DNA of 64,000 nucleotides. Source: an uncultured Butyrivibrio sp. (GTDB taxonomy: Bacteria > Bacillota > Clostridia > Lachnospirales > Lachnospiraceae). The position numbers and the translations under genes were made by a program. The DNA lies in assembly GCA_947169445.1 (NCBI GenBank), contig CAMVPU010000009.1, forward strand, positions 14,409 through 78,408, given 5' to 3'. The notes beneath the pieces are model-generated. The model made no database searches, had not been told where the DNA came from, and was given only the letters and a program-made list of their open reading frames with translations. The stretch's first letter is position 1. Each line of letters opens with the position of its first letter. Shown here piece after piece: positions 8,743-16,670 of the stretch.

Positions 8743-10956
8743 TTACCTTTTAGCCGTTTTTATAACAAAGCTCTTGCCTTTAGCCGTCAGGTTTATCTTT
8801 CCACCATTCTTAAGTTTGCCGAAAAGTATTTCATCGACGAACAATGGTTTAACATCATTTCTGATGACACGGTCAATCTCTCTTGCTCCGAATTCCTGGC
8901 TTATCCCCTTGGATTTGAGTAGTTCTTTTGCCTTCTTATCATAGGAAAGGCTTATCTTCTTGGCTGACAGCTGTCCGGATAATTCTTTTAATATCTTCTC
9001 CACAACCTTAGCTGCCATATCATCATCCATGCTGTTGAAGACAACTATCTTGTTAAGTCTGTTCCTAAACTCAGGCTGGAAGGTATTCTTAACTGCCTCC
9101 GACAGAACACTTTCATCCATACTGGTACTAATAAAACCGATGCCGCTCTTTCCAAGCCTGTTAGCTCCGGCATTAGAAGTCATGATAACAATTACATTTC
9201 TGAAATCAGCTTTTCTTCCCTGATTATCCGTAAGTGTGGCATAGTCCATAACCTGCAAAAGCACGTTGTAGATATCAGGATGAGCTTTTTCTATTTCATC
9301 CAATAGAAGGACACAGGATGGATTTTTCCTGATTGCTTCAGTAAGAATTCCGCCCTCTTCATAGCCCACATATCCTGCAGGTGATCCGATAAGCTTAGCC
9401 ACAGCATGTTTTTCACCATATTCACTCATATCAAATCTTATGAGTTTTGAACCAAGTTCATCTGCAAGGGTTCTGGCAATCTCAGTTTTACCAACACCGG
9501 TCGGCCCCACAAATAAAAGACTAGCCAAGGGCTTACCCTCTTCTAGTAGACCTGCCTTTGAGAATTTAACAGCATTTACAACCTGACCTATAGCCTCATC
9601 CTGTCCGAATATTTTGCTCTTTATTCTATCCTCAAGATTTTCAAGTCCTGCCGCATCATCAGTATCTACAGTCTCTATCGGAACCCTGCATACACCAGTT
9701 AGAATCTCATTTATCACGTTCTTATCAACAGTCTGCGTCTTCTGAGAAAGCGGATGGAGTTTCCTGTATGAGCCTGCCTCGTCGATAAGGTCTATGGCCT
9801 TATCCGGAAGGAATCTTTCATTGATATACTTGGCGCTCATCTTGACTGCATATTCCATTATGCCTTTTGCATACTTTACGCCATGGAATTTCTCATACTT
9901 ACTCTTAAGACCATTTAAGATCTCAATGGTCTCTTCTTCGGAAGGTTCCTTTATCTCCACGTTTTGGAACCTTCTGACCAGACTCTTATTCTTCTCAAAA
10001 TACTTCTTGTACTCTTCAAAGGTAGTGGCACCAATGAATCTTATATGTCCATCCGACAGATATGGTTTTAACATATTTGATGCATCAAAAGAGCCTTCAC
10101 CAACAGCACCGGCACCAGATAGATTATGTATCTCATCAATATAGATAATCGGTTTTTCTTCTTTTCCAATCTCTGTAAGAACCTTTTTAAAGCGCTTTTC
10201 AAAGTCACCTCTATACTGGGTTCCTGCCAGCATTCCTCCAAGGTCCAACGAAAAGATTCTGGCCCCCTTAAGCGCATCGGGTACATCTCCGGCTTTAAGC
10301 TTCTCCACAAGGCCATAGGTAATAGCTGTTTTACCAACTCCTGTTTCGCCTATATGGAGCGGATTGTTCTTATCCTTTCTGCAAAGAATCTGAATAGTTC
10401 TTTCCAGCTCTTTTTCCCTGCCGATAAGAGGATTGATATCCTTAAGGGTGTCATTCAAACAAGGCGCATACAGATTAAGCCCGGACTTATCCTCAACTAT
10501 CTTTACACTGTCGCCTTCATTTATTTCCACATCCTCTTCTTCCATGATTGCCATCTGCTGAAGCACATCCGCCTCTGTAATATCCTGCTGCTCAAGATAA
10601 TAAACGGCATAGCTGTTCTCTAGATTCCATATGGCATGAACGAGATGTCTTATATGTATTTCATCGCAGCCGCTGCTATATGCACTCTGACCTGCGAAGG
10701 TAAGGATAAAATTCGTACCAATAGAAAGCTGAGGACTTTTTCCTTCTGTTTTATCTACGTACTCCGAAATATACTCAGATAGGCTCTCTCGCAGTATTGA
10801 TATATTACCGCCACACTCCTCATAAGCCCATGTAAAAACTTCATCATCAAGGATCATGAGAAGGACCATTTCAGGAGTAACAAATTCATATTTATTCTTA
10901 CTTGCGTAGGCTACGGCATTCTGTAACACAAAAGCTGCTTCTTTTGAAAGTTCCAT
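8743..10956 (-). CDS. clpA: ATP-dependent Clp protease ATP-binding subunit, ClpA type
   Basis: Two AAA modules (GETGVGKT, GPTGVGKT), RFLPDKAIDLIDEA, IGF ClpP-binding loop, no long middle domain. Lies directly downstream of clpS. Confidence 0.9.
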   Translation of the reverse strand: MELSKEAAFVLQNAVAYASKNKYEFVTPEMVLLMILDDEVFTWAYEECGGNISILRESLSEYISEYVDKTEGKSPQLSIGTNFILTFAGQSAYSSGCDEIHIRHLVHAIWNLENSYAVYYLEQQDITEADVLQQMAIMEEEDVEINEGDSVKIVEDKSGLNLYAPCLNDTLKDINPLIGREKELERTIQILCRKDKNNPLHIGETGVGKTAITYGLVEKLKAGDVPDALKGARIFSLDLGGMLAGTQYRGDFEKRFKKVLTEIGKEEKPIIYIDEIHNLSGAGAVGEGSFDASNMLKPYLSDGHIRFIGATTFEEYKKYFEKNKSLVRRFQNVEIKEPSEEETIEILNGLKSKYEKFHGVKYAKGIMEYAVKMSAKYINERFLPDKAIDLIDEAGSYRKLHPLSQKTQTVDKNVINEILTGVCRVPIETVDTDDAAGLENLEDRIKSKIFGQDEAIGQVVNAVKFSKAGLLEEGKPLASLLFVGPTGVGKTEIARTLADELGSKLIRFDMSEYGEKHAVAKLIGSPAGYVGYEEGGILTEAIRKNPSCVLLLDEIEKAHPDIYNVLLQVMDYATLTDNQGRKADFRNVIVIMTSNAGANRLGKSGIGFISTSMDESVLSEAVKNTFQPEFRNRLNKIVVFNSMDDDMAAKVVEKILKELSGQLSAKKISLSYDKKAKELLKSKGISQEFGAREIDRVIRNDVKPLFVDEILFGKLKNGGKINLTAKGKSFVIKTAKR

Positions 10957-10958
10957 AT

Positions 10959-11258
10959 TTATGCCTCCTCTACAGTCATTCTGAAGGGAAAGCCCTCTTT
11001 TTTTGCTCTTTCAAGGGCATTATTCACTCTGGTAACCGCTATATCATATGGATATTTGCCTACAACTGCCTGACCGTTTTTGTGAACTCCAAGCATAATA
11101 GCTTCCGCGCTAACCGGATCCTTATGGAAAATATCGACTAAAACAGCCACAACAAAATCCATTGTGGTGAAATCATCATTTATCATTATGACATTGTATT
11201 GTTTGGGTTCTTTAACCTTACTCTTCGATTTTTCTTTGGTCTGTCCGCTGGTGGCCAT
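10959..11258 (-). CDS. clpS: Clp protease adaptor ClpS
   Basis: NDDFTTMDFVV and VHKNG motifs; adjacent to clpA. Confidence 0.95.
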   Translation of the reverse strand: MATSGQTKEKSKSKVKEPKQYNVIMINDDFTTMDFVVAVLVDIFHKDPVSAEAIMLGVHKNGQAVVGKYPYDIAVTRVNNALERAKKEGFPFRMTVEEA

Positions 11259-11348
11259 AATCTGTATTTCTCCTTATTCAATAAGACCATTTCTGTGTAG
11301 TACAAAAATAAGAAATCACCTTTTCTATAGTCTTCGATAGAACATGTT

Positions 11349-11804
11349 TCAGGAAACTGGGTTCTCAATTATATATTCTTCTAATATCTCTGCTGCATCC
11401 CCAATTATCTCGGGACAAGGCCTCTTTTGATAGTACTCTTTTGTACGAGCTTCCGGTGTTGGAATATCGTGACGAACTGAGAGCCCCAGCATCTCACGGC
11501 ACACAATTGTTCCATGCTTTTCCTCAAATCTGTGGGCCAGTTCCTGTATTCTGGCATAATGGTCAGCCTTAACCTGACCGGTCTCAGGGCCATCATAGCC
11601 GTATAAAAGACCAGCTACCATAAACATTCCTGTGACACTTCCGCACACTTCCCGTAGCCTCCCCATTCCTCCTCCAAAAGAGGAAGCCATCATGGACAGC
11701 GTTTTCTCATCAACCGGGAGCATATCTGCAAATGCAAGCACAATGGATTGCGAGCAGTTGTATCCCTTCATAAAATTTGCCATTGCCATTTCTCTTCGAG
11801 TCAT
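11349..11804 (-). CDS. C-GCAxxG-C-C family putative redox protein
   Basis: YNCSQS, FGGGMG, CGSVTG, IVCRE and RPC motifs. Start moved to ATG 11804, which has an AAGGA RBS. Confidence 0.85.
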   Translation of the reverse strand: MTRREMAMANFMKGYNCSQSIVLAFADMLPVDEKTLSMMASSFGGGMGRLREVCGSVTGMFMVAGLLYGYDGPETGQVKADHYARIQELAHRFEEKHGTIVCREMLGLSVRHDIPTPEARTKEYYQKRPCPEIIGDAAEILEEYIIENPVS

Positions 11805-11915
11805 ATAACTATTCCTTTTCAACTTATTATCTACTCTATTATTATTCAAATTAAATGGTACACCCTTTAGATATCTGCACTCTAGCATTTCTTATGTCCT
11901 AACAGATCAATATTC

Positions 11916-12674
11916 TCATATTACAAATCTTAGATCTCTTATAATCCCAAAGCATTCTCTGACCATATTGTTAGGAAGGTACCATAAAAGCGTATCCGCT
12001 GCTATCCCATATACCTTAGAAGAAGTAGCCTTCCTGGCTATAGAAACTCCTCTAAATAAATGAAAATTATTTGTAACTATACCAATACTCAGCTCGTCTT
12101 CAGCTTTTCCATCAGCACGAATTATTTCCATGGAGTATTCGATGTTTTGCATAGTATCACGGGCTCTGGTCTCAGCAATAATACGACTTGGATCAATTCC
12201 TCTTGAAATCAGATATTCTTTCCCACCATCGCCTTCACTTACCGGTTCTGTGACTCCCTTGGCACCGGATACTATACAAACTGTATCCGGATTATTCAAA
12301 AGATAATCATAAGCAGCATCCAATCTGTATTTATAAACAGTACTTGGGCCATTCTCACGAACCTGGGCACCAAGCACTATTATGTAATCAAGTTCCTCTT
12401 TTCCCTTATCACCAAAATGCATAAACATGGCACTAAAGCAAATGCCAAAGGCCAAAAGGCCAATGGCAATAATTGAAATAATAATTATTCTAAATAGTGA
12501 CGGTATTTTCTTCCATCTGCCTTCCCCGGATAAGAAAAAGGCAATTCCAAAAAGAAAAGCTCCAAAGAGCCAGATAACAAAGGAAAAAGTACCGCTACCT
12601 ACCATATAAATGCTGACTGAATAAATAAGACAGCATAAGATTAGTACTCCCCAAACAACTCTAATTTTTCTCAT
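11916..12674 (-). CDS. YdcF/DUF218 family membrane protein
   Basis: N-terminal TMs, then IIVLGA, RLDAA, VSG, SE, TMQNI and VTNNFHLFR motifs. Confidence 0.88.
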   Translation of the reverse strand: MRKIRVVWGVLILCCLIYSVSIYMVGSGTFSFVIWLFGAFLFGIAFFLSGEGRWKKIPSLFRIIIISIIAIGLLAFGICFSAMFMHFGDKGKEELDYIIVLGAQVRENGPSTVYKYRLDAAYDYLLNNPDTVCIVSGAKGVTEPVSEGDGGKEYLISRGIDPSRIIAETRARDTMQNIEYSMEIIRADGKAEDELSIGIVTNNFHLFRGVSIARKATSSKVYGIAADTLLWYLPNNMVRECFGIIRDLRFVI

Positions 12675-12701
12675 TTGTAATCTTCCATAAGCATATGATG
12701 A

Positions 12702-13499
12702 TCAAAATTCCAAAACAGGAGAAAGCTCTGATCTTCTTGCAACCATAATAGGGAAATCACTTGAATGGAACGGATTTTCCCCCATATCGATTTCAACTCT
12801 TACTGTCTCATAAGCCAGTTCCGGCAGATTATTCTCTTTAGATAAATGACCTAAAAAGATTCCCTTCATCTTTTCATTGAGAAGTTTGCACAAAAGTTCG
12901 CCGCTCTTCTCATTTGAAAGATGTCCTCTGTCGCCAAGGATACGACGTTTTAATTGATATGGATATGGTCCTGTCTGGAGCATTCTCACATCGTGATTAG
13001 CCTCCAGCAAAAGCGCATCACAATCTGATAGGCATTCAACAGTATAATCTGTATAACAGCCAAGGTCAGTTGCCACCCCAATCTTCTTATCTCCGTGATA
13101 AACTCTGTATCCGCAGGGTTCATTGGCATCATGGGAAATAGTCATAGGATTAACTATCATATCTCCTATAGCGACTGCCTTATCAACCATCACCTGGATA
13201 AAGCGTGAATCCGTCATCTCACATTTTTTATCACTGCTTCTGATTCCCTGAATCGTTCCGCCTGTAGCATAAATCGGAATATCATATTTCTTTAAGATTG
13301 TATGAAGTGCTGCTATATGATCCACATGTTCATGTGTTACAAAAATCGCATCAAGATCACTAAGTGATACCCCCAGCTCTCCAAGCCCCTCTTCAATTCT
13401 TTTCTTACTAACTCCTGCATCTATCAAAATATGTGTATTATCTGATCCCACATATGTACAATTACCACTACTACCACTTGCAATACTTGTAAATCTCAT
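12702..13499 (-). CDS. MBL-fold metallo-hydrolase, YycJ/WalJ-like
   Basis: SGSSGN, THEHVDH, SHDA, ATDLG, EANHD, GHLSN and HLSKENN motifs. Start at ATG 13499 after GGGGAG. Confidence 0.9.
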   Translation of the reverse strand: MRFTSIASGSSGNCTYVGSDNTHILIDAGVSKKRIEEGLGELGVSLSDLDAIFVTHEHVDHIAALHTILKKYDIPIYATGGTIQGIRSSDKKCEMTDSRFIQVMVDKAVAIGDMIVNPMTISHDANEPCGYRVYHGDKKIGVATDLGCYTDYTVECLSDCDALLLEANHDVRMLQTGPYPYQLKRRILGDRGHLSNEKSGELLCKLLNEKMKGIFLGHLSKENNLPELAYETVRVEIDMGENPFHSSDFPIMVARRSELSPVLEF

Positions 13500-13593
13500 C
13501 AAAAAGCTCCCCGAAAACCAATGATATATTCCACTCATGATACATTCATATCACAAAATCGAATTTTCATTATATATAATATTAGCGTAAACA

Positions 13594-13786
13594 GCCATGG
13601 AGCCTATTATAACATAATTTGTGAGTCATTTGCACAAGGCTGATGATTTATGAGGGCCAGAGAAAAAAGAAGTTTTTCCGCTTATGGTTCACTTTGGTTT
13701 GAACCATGGAAAAACTTCTTTTTTAAATGGCACCATAAATCACGCCGCGGAAACGCGAACAAATTATGTTATATAGGCTCCATGGC
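13594..13786. repeat. 193-bp nested inverted-repeat element (MITE/REP-like or structured ncRNA)
   Basis: Paired arms: 13594-13622/13759-13786 (28 bp with one bulge), 13644-13652/13734-13742, 13663-13679/13708-13724 and 13684-13691/13700-13707. Confidence 0.8.
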
Positions 13787-13796
13787 GTCCGAAAAC

Positions 13797-15956
13797 TCAT
13801 TTCCAATACACTTCGATTTTGTCACCCTCTTTGATAGGCTGCATGTAATCCGGTGTCGCTCCATTAAGTGATGTAACAATGGATCTGCCGTTTGGCTTGG
13901 ATAAATCAAAATCGATGACATCAAATATATCTACAAAAATATAGTTAGCCTTACCATGAAGTGTGACCGACTCATTATTAACCAGAACATGAAGGTCATG
14001 GGCCAGAATATTTTTTACCGGCTCAGGCTCATTCTCATAAGCCTCTTCATCTTCCCCTTCCGCTTCTTTTTCAGGGGCTACACCTTCTACGATTCTGACA
14101 TTATTATCGTCGCTTTCAATAGACTGCTCATTCTCCAGCTTAATGGCTTCCTCATCTGCATCAGGAAAATCAGTATAATAATCCATTATCATTTCTTCCT
14201 GATCTTTGAATTCAACCTTAAAGTTCTCATAAACCGGGGTATTAACATCCCCACGCTCATTATTAACGATAATAACAGTATCCTCGGTAATGGTAATATC
14301 CATCAGCTCAGCAATCTGAGCAGCAGTGTTATAATCAAGTACCTTGACATCATCACCGGCCTGAATGCTATAAAATCCAGTCTGTGCTTCACCGTTTACA
14401 GTGGCATATCTTGAAGCCTCGACATTCTTACCGTTTACATTGACATTGAATTTCGTCTTAAACTCAGGGATGCTGTCAATGGTAGCCTTTCCGGGCTCAC
14501 CTGCCGTTGAAGGCGTAACATCAATAATATCATTAGCGTGAATCTTACTATGAATATCAGCAGGCTTACCATTAAGTGAAATAACAGCCGCTTCACCGGG
14601 CTCACCGCGGGATGTTCTCTCTTTGCCGTTAACTGTAAACTTAAGCTCTTTGCCTCTCTTAGGGAAAAGATCCTCATTAGGAAATGCCACCTGCATGGCA
14701 GCATCCACAATCTGAAGCTTACCATTATCATAGAGCTTCGTCTGAGTTCCATTAAAGGATACAAAGATAAAGTTGTTGGCTTCCTCATAGTAGCTAAAGC
14801 AAATACCAAGCGGTGTAACCAAAAGAGAATCTCTCTCTATCCCGTCATTATTGAGGAAGGTGATATTCTTCATTACTTCCTCACCACGAAGAGCTACACG
14901 CTCCTCCGGAATTCCCATTCCCTTGGCAATAGCTTCTGTATATCCCGGAACACATCCACCGCCACCTACTACAAACACAGCGCTTACAGGATTGTCACCG
15001 TTTAATCTCTTGATCTCCGCGACAGCCTTCTCGGCCATGGTATCAACCTGAGGCTTTATGATCTTTTCAATTTCTTTTGCCGTTATGGTCTTATCAAGGC
15101 CCATAATATCGACGTATTTAACTTCATCCTGGTGGCTTGCAGCAATCTTGATCTCATCTGCAGTATTAAAGTCAACAAGACATTTTTTGGCAATTATCTC
15201 GGTTATATCATCACCTGCTATAGGAAGCATTCCATAGGCAGTGATGGAGCCATCATCGGTAACACAAATATCACTTGTTCCTGCACCTACATCCACAAGC
15301 GCAAGATTCAGCATCCTGAATCTGTCAGGAATAGCAACCATCATAGCTGCTATAGGCTCTAGAGTCAGATTAGCAACGTTAAGTCCAGCTCTTTCGCAGG
15401 CCTTATAAAGACCATCTACGCAGTCATCAGGAAGGAAGGTCGCGATCAGTTCCACACTTACCTTGCCGGCATTATGTCCCTCAAGATTGGCAATCTGATA
15501 GCCATCCAGATAATAATGCATTACAGAATAGCCAACAAGGTAGAATTTAAGACCGGAATTGTTCTCCTGTAAAAACTGAGCATAGGCTTTTTCTACCGCA
15601 GAGGAATCAAGATTATAAATATCCTCATCCGTAATTGTATGATTGTCAGGATATTCATAGTCATAATTGATTCTGACAGTTTTAAGCACACGACCGGCCG
15701 CAGCCACACATACATCTGTCAGATGGATATCCGTCTGCTGTTCAAGCTTTTCTTTTACCAGACGGATGGTCATGCCAACCTTACCGATGTCATGAATCTG
15801 TCCATCCAGCATAGCTCTTGTCTGATGCGTCTCAACTGCCTGCGCAATGACATTAAACTGGCCATCCTTCATGTAGCCGACAGTTCCTACAACACTTCTG
15901 GTACCTATATCCAGTCCAAAAACAACCTTCTGATCCTTCTGTTCCAAACTAGGCAT
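13797..15956 (-). CDS. FtsA/PilM-like actin-fold ATPase with C-terminal ThiS/MoaD-like beta-grasp repeats
   Basis: LDIGTRSV, LTLEPIAA, VDVGAGTSD and VVGGG actin motifs, followed by repeated V(N)G...I..GD.I.V units. Start uncertain (15956, 15968 or 15977). Confidence 0.8.
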   Translation of the reverse strand: MPSLEQKDQKVVFGLDIGTRSVVGTVGYMKDGQFNVIAQAVETHQTRAMLDGQIHDIGKVGMTIRLVKEKLEQQTDIHLTDVCVAAAGRVLKTVRINYDYEYPDNHTITDEDIYNLDSSAVEKAYAQFLQENNSGLKFYLVGYSVMHYYLDGYQIANLEGHNAGKVSVELIATFLPDDCVDGLYKACERAGLNVANLTLEPIAAMMVAIPDRFRMLNLALVDVGAGTSDICVTDDGSITAYGMLPIAGDDITEIIAKKCLVDFNTADEIKIAASHQDEVKYVDIMGLDKTITAKEIEKIIKPQVDTMAEKAVAEIKRLNGDNPVSAVFVVGGGGCVPGYTEAIAKGMGIPEERVALRGEEVMKNITFLNNDGIERDSLLVTPLGICFSYYEEANNFIFVSFNGTQTKLYDNGKLQIVDAAMQVAFPNEDLFPKRGKELKFTVNGKERTSRGEPGEAAVISLNGKPADIHSKIHANDIIDVTPSTAGEPGKATIDSIPEFKTKFNVNVNGKNVEASRYATVNGEAQTGFYSIQAGDDVKVLDYNTAAQIAELMDITITEDTVIIVNNERGDVNTPVYENFKVEFKDQEEMIMDYYTDFPDADEEAIKLENEQSIESDDNNVRIVEGVAPEKEAEGEDEEAYENEPEPVKNILAHDLHVLVNNESVTLHGKANYIFVDIFDVIDFDLSKPNGRSIVTSLNGATPDYMQPIKEGDKIEVYWK

Positions 15957-16034
15957 ACTTTTCTCCATTCCCCTCATATGATATGTACTCTAGAATCATA
16001 TTCTCACGAAAGCTGCAACAATTAGATATTAACT

Positions 16035-16667
16035 TTATGTACGTTTAAATTCTGCTAACCTCTGGTCTATCTGCAGGGCAGCCTCTTCAAGGTCAGCACT
16101 GTTATCGATCACGAACTGACAATACTTTCTGAATTCAGCATCCTCAAGTTGTTTTCCGAGAATATCAGTTATCTTCTCATCTGAATATCCACGGGATGCT
16201 TTTAATCGCTGTCTTCTAACTTCTTCTGATGCATAGACATACCAAAGCTCATCAGCAATCTTGTCGTAACCGTTTTCTATCAAAAGAGCTGCCTCAACAA
16301 ATACAAAATCCAGCTCATTTCTTTTCTTCTCATCCTCTATAATATTAATAATATATTGATTTACTGCAGGATGCAAAATGTTATTAACTTTTTTTAGTAT
16401 ATTTTTATCATTAAAAATAGCTGACGCCATTCTGGCCCTGTCAATTTCTCCGTCATCCCCCAAAATGCCATCCCCGAGAAGCTCAACCAACTCATCATAA
16501 GCTGGAAAGCCTTTTTTCTTGATGTCATTAGCCACATCATCGGAGAAAATCACAAGGCAGTTGTAGTGCTCTTTTATATAACCAAGGACTGTACTCTTAC
16601 CTGCTCCAACGCCGCCGGTAATCCCAATAATATTTGTCCTTCCTTTTTCAATCCCGCTCATAGCCAT
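16035..16667 (-). CDS. coaE: Dephospho-CoA kinase
   Basis: IGITGGVGAGKST, IDRA, ILHPAV, EAALLIE and IDNS motifs; conserved position after polA. Confidence 0.95.
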   Translation of the reverse strand: MAMSGIEKGRTNIIGITGGVGAGKSTVLGYIKEHYNCLVIFSDDVANDIKKKGFPAYDELVELLGDGILGDDGEIDRARMASAIFNDKNILKKVNNILHPAVNQYIINIIEDEKKRNELDFVFVEAALLIENGYDKIADELWYVYASEEVRRQRLKASRGYSDEKITDILGKQLEDAEFRKYCQFVIDNSADLEEAALQIDQRLAEFKRT

Positions 16668-16670
16668 GCC

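Noticed and set aside
13745..13775. Possible chromosomal dif site (TTATGTTATAT)
   Set aside because: Only a XerD-like arm matches. There is no XerC arm at 6-bp spacing, and gene orientation does not switch here.
13650..13871. 73-aa plus-strand ORF inside the palindromic element
   Set aside because: No RBS or recognisable motif, overlaps the FtsA-like gene antisense, and is not a transposase.
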